Below, piece after piece: positions 61,244 to 64,000 of a DNA stretch of 64,000 nucleotides. The DNA is from Candidatus Komeilibacteria bacterium CG11_big_fil_rev_8_21_14_0_20_36_20. Its GTDB lineage: Bacteria; Patescibacteriota; Patescibacteriia; UBA1558; GWA2-36-10. The stretch covers positions 102,250 through 166,249 of the forward strand of contig PCWQ01000007.1 in the NCBI GenBank assembly GCA_002787405.1, in the 5' to 3' direction. The translations under genes were made by a program, and so were the position numbers. Within the stretch, counting starts at the first letter, position 1, and the number at the start of each line of letters is the position of its first letter. The notes under the pieces were generated by a model, which made no database searches, had not been told where the DNA came from, and worked only from the letters and a program-made list of their open reading frames with translations.

Positions 61244-61645
61244 TTAAGGATTTGATTTATTATTTTCATTTTGACGAAATAATAAAATTAAAAATTCAAC
61301 TATACTAGCAAAGATAATCAACAAAAGTATATTCCACCAAGTCAGCACTCGACCGGCCTGCAACCAGGAAGCAATAATAAACACCCCGGCAAAAATAACT
61401 GCTTGCCGGAAAGATTCAGTCACAATCGTACCCGGCACTTCTTTATGATGATAAGCCAGCTTGCGTATCCAAAAACCGATCATAGATAAGGTCCCCAAAA
61501 TCCCCAAAAACAATACTAAATAAAAAAGAATAAAAACCGTTAAGCTGGATTGATGCGGATCAAAGTTATTAATAATAATGAAAAAACCGAACCAAGCTAT
61601 TACTGTGGCTATAATCATAATGGCATTGTATGTCTTGAGGTTCAT
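61244..61645 (-). CDS. Membrane hypothetical protein
   Basis: 133 aa, 4 TM helices. Confidence 0.5.
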   Translation of the reverse strand: MNLKTYNAIMIIATVIAWFGFFIIINNFDPHQSSLTVFILFYLVLFLGILGTLSMIGFWIRKLAYHHKEVPGTIVTESFRQAVIFAGVFIIASWLQAGRVLTWWNILLLIIFASIVEFLILLFRQNENNKSNP

Positions 61646-61777
61646 TAACTGTAATTTTACTAAAAAATGAGGTAAAAATCAAATTGCATCAACGTTGACA
61701 TCAATCTACAAAAGTGATAGTATTTTGAAATTCCTAGTACTTAACAAAAACCCTACAATTACCGGAGGAAACTTCTT

Positions 61778-62227
61778 ATGAAAAAAACATTAGGTTGTCT
61801 AGCTATTATTATTTTAGGTGGATTATGTATCTACCTAACAGCTGGCCCGGTGTTTGACATGAGCTTTGTAAAGCTCAAAGCTGATAGTAGCGCTTCTAAT
61901 GACCAATCGGCCGGCTTTCTGGAAAAAAACGCAGATCGATTAGTGGGTAATAACCCCATCGACGGAAAAGTAGTTCTATTCTCCCTGCAATATATTGTGC
62001 TGGGCGCAATAATAGGCGCAGGTATTATTATATCAGGAAACCTGCGCTATATGACCCTACTGCTACTAGTAGCTGCCTTAGTCTGGGCGATTACTAACTA
62101 TGGAACCAACCCCTATATCACGGGAGTAACTTTCTTCAAGGAAGGTCTGCTTAATTCTAAGCCAACGAGCTTTGCTGTGCTCTGCGGTTTTATAGGATCC
62201 TTATTTGGAGGCACTGTAGTCAAGTAA
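61778..62227 (+). CDS. Membrane hypothetical protein
   Basis: 149 aa with an RBS GGAGG upstream and an intrinsic terminator at ~62235-62265. Confidence 0.5.
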   Translation: MKKTLGCLAIIILGGLCIYLTAGPVFDMSFVKLKADSSASNDQSAGFLEKNADRLVGNNPIDGKVVLFSLQYIVLGAIIGAGIIISGNLRYMTLLLLVAALVWAITNYGTNPYITGVTFFKEGLLNSKPTSFAVLCGFIGSLFGGTVVK

Positions 62228-62280
62228 ATCAGTAGGACCCGAGCATGTCTTGAAAACTGCTCTTTTTTATTTAGTAAAAA

Positions 62281-62565
62281 TTATAATTTTGGCGGCTTAG
62301 TATAACGATGCTTGTTTGATTTGTATTTATTATAAAGCCGATCCAGCTGCAAAGTAGTGGACGGCTTAATGTTCTGCATATCCTCAAAAATTTGCACTAA
62401 ATTTCTCATACTAGCTGCCCATTGACGAGGATCCCGATCATAAATATGTTTAGCATGACGGACAACATGTCTTTTAATAGACAAATCTGTTTCATCATAA
62501 GTTATTTTTTTGATCCATTTGCACAAAAATTTATGCTGATCTTTTTTAGAAAGATGATGCCACAT
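62281..62565 (-). CDS. Basic hypothetical protein
   Basis: 94 aa, His/Lys-rich. Confidence 0.4.
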   Translation of the reverse strand: MWHHLSKKDQHKFLCKWIKKITYDETDLSIKRHVVRHAKHIYDRDPRQWAASMRNLVQIFEDMQNIKPSTTLQLDRLYNKYKSNKHRYTKPPKL

Positions 62566-62570
62566 AATGT

Positions 62571-62867
62571 TTAGATTAAAAATCTCAAGCTCTCAACGAC
62601 TTTAACTTCTAAACTACCATTTAACCGGTTAATAAAATCTGTTTGATTATTTTTTAACTTCTCCAGCCAGTCATCCTCCAAAACAGCGAAGGTCAACATC
62701 TGGTTTCTAAAATACAAGGCCTGTACTTTATTTCTAACTTCTTCACCCCAAAACTCAATAATCAGCTGATTAGCTTTCTCTACCACCAAAAAATCATGCG
62801 CCTGCTGATAGACGCCCTTTTTATTCAATCTCTGATTAGCTAAATCTTTAATGCTCTGCCAGCTCAT
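62571..62867 (-). CDS. DUF721/DciA-like protein
   Basis: The pattern W..EV....ALYF.N..LTFAV.EDDW..KL......I.RLN resembles DciA (DUF721). Confidence 0.45.
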   Translation of the reverse strand: MSWQSIKDLANQRLNKKGVYQQAHDFLVVEKANQLIIEFWGEEVRNKVQALYFRNQMLTFAVLEDDWLEKLKNNQTDFINRLNGSLEVKVVESLRFLI

Positions 62868-62868
62868 T

Positions 62869-64000
62869 TTATCTATGGTTTATTTTAACAAAAGGACAAA
62901 TCTGATTATAATCACAAGTATTACAAATATAACCGGGCGTAGCTGTAAAATCAGTGGCTAAAATTTGTTCAATAGTCGCCGTTATCCATTCTTTAGTTTT
63001 AACAATCTCTTTTTCAGTACCTAAAAAAGATTCAGGATTATTATTAGTTAAATAATAATAAGTAAGTTCTTTAACTTTAGTTTGAAATACTTCTTTGGCG
63101 GCAATCTGATAAATAAATAATTGCTTTTTATCTTCAAAAGTTAATTTAATTTTTGATTTTCCTGTTTTATAATCAATAATCTGCCATTGCCCCTGATTGT
63201 CAGTATCTACTCTATCTAAAACTCCTCTTAAACTATAATTGCCTACTTTAATATTAAAACCTTTTTCTAAAAATAATGGCACAGTCCACTTATCTTTAAA
63301 TTTCTGATAATAATTTTTTAAGATATCTATGCCTAATTCACGATACTTGTGCTTGTCTTCAGCTGAAGAATACCAATCATCAATCCATGATTCCTGATAA
63401 AATTTTAATAAATCATCTAAAGTAGCTTGTTTTACTTTTTTAGATTTACCAAATAAATCATCTTGCCCTGAATTATTGTTCTCTAAAATTAATTTATAAA
63501 ATTTATAAAGTGTGCTGTGCATTGTTTTCCCAAAACTAAAGACTGCTTTACCTCTGGTGGGCATTTTAACTATATAAGCATAATAATACTGTCGCGGGCA
63601 TGACTGATAGGCCTTAAGTTGAGAAAAAGAAAATACTTTAGGCAAAATATATTTTGATTTGGCTGTTTTTTTATTTATTTCTTTTGGCTCTTTTATTTTT
63701 TGACTACTAATTTCTTGCGATGAAATTTTAATTTCATCAATAAAACGGGAAGGTTTTTTCTTGCTAGCTCCACCATAATCTTTAGCCCAGGTTAAATAAA
63801 CCGCTTGTTTGGCTCGAGTCAAAGCTACATAAAACAACCGCCTTTCCTCCTGCAAATGAGCATCACCGGTTGGTAATTGCTCTTTAATAAATTCTTCGGG
63901 CATCGTAATGGGATCACGCCGCTCTGTTGAGGGGAATCTAAGGTGTACTAAATTCGTAATAAAAACATATTTGAACTCCAAACCTTTAGAACCATGCACT
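62869..64000 (-). CDS. C-terminal part of a UvrD-like helicase fused to a RecB/AddB-type PD-(D/E)XK nuclease with Fe-S cysteines (gene continues past window end)
   Basis: Helicase motif VI (HGSKGLEFKYVF), a nuclease IDYKTGKS motif, and the Cys cluster C...CNTCDYNQIC. Confidence 0.7.
   Translation of the reverse strand, partial: VHGSKGLEFKYVFITNLVHLRFPSTERRDPITMPEEFIKEQLPTGDAHLQEERRLFYVALTRAKQAVYLTWAKDYGGASKKKPSRFIDEIKISSQEISSQKIKEPKEINKKTAKSKYILPKVFSFSQLKAYQSCPRQYYYAYIVKMPTRGKAVFSFGKTMHSTLYKFYKLILENNNSGQDDLFGKSKKVKQATLDDLLKFYQESWIDDWYSSAEDKHKYRELGIDILKNYYQKFKDKWTVPLFLEKGFNIKVGNYSLRGVLDRVDTDNQGQWQIIDYKTGKSKIKLTFEDKKQLFIYQIAAKEVFQTKVKELTYYYLTNNNPESFLGTEKEIVKTKEWITATIEQILATDFTATPGYICNTCDYNQICPFVKINHR

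Overview
This is a low-GC window with an almost entirely minus-strand gene layout. The ribosomal proteins are small with lysine-rich extensions, and there are giant cysteine-rich surface proteins, so it looks like a streamlined Patescibacteria/CPR-type bacterium using the standard genetic code (RF2 is present, and UGA is used as stop). This lineage assignment is inference.

Core content:
- The str/S10 operon runs rpsL-rpsG-fusA-[insertion]-tuf-rpsJ-rplC-rplD-rplW-rplB, ending at the window start.
- Other housekeeping genes are prs, rpmB, ndk, a split comEC, prfB, nrdR-ftsZ-ftsA, dgkA, ybeY, yqeY, rpsU, hisS, lepB, an LCP protein, der, pth, a Xer-type recombinase, pepA, secE-nusG-rplK-rplA, gyrB, pheS-pheT and a DciA-like gene.
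- The window ends inside a helicase-nuclease gene.

Accessory and unusual content:
1. About 2 kb inserted between tuf and fusA on the opposite strand. It holds a small Phd/YefM-like ORF, a secreted protein gene and an orphan transcription unit. The orphan unit has two tandem near-consensus sigma70 promoters, a 21-codon sORF, a ~110-nt five-helix structured RNA element and an intrinsic terminator, but no long ORF. This is my best candidate for an undescribed ncRNA.
2. A long minus-strand operon, 38021 down to 25411, with five genes:
   - a 521-aa protein and a 2733-aa giant surface protein that share a paralogous N-terminal signal-peptide plus two-transmembrane-hairpin anchor (VirB2/TrbC-like topology);
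   - the giant carries IPT/TIG repeats, an FN3 domain, myxococcal-type CGDG-EECD cysteine repeats and a C-terminal VWA domain;
   - a Cys-rich secreted protein;
   - two paralogous N-rich proteins with thrombospondin-type-3 Ca-binding repeats.
3. A terminator-like attenuator hairpin directly upstream of rplC, inside a 248-nt spacer within the S10 operon.
4. A degraded accessory patch (44.7-50.7 kb) ending at a tyrosine recombinase. It contains an EamA transporter gene frameshifted at a homopolymer and a start-less LAB_N-like fragment.
5. GC-rich hairpins with a TTGACA loop recurring in intergenic spacers.

I found no rRNA, tRNA or CRISPR array by eye.
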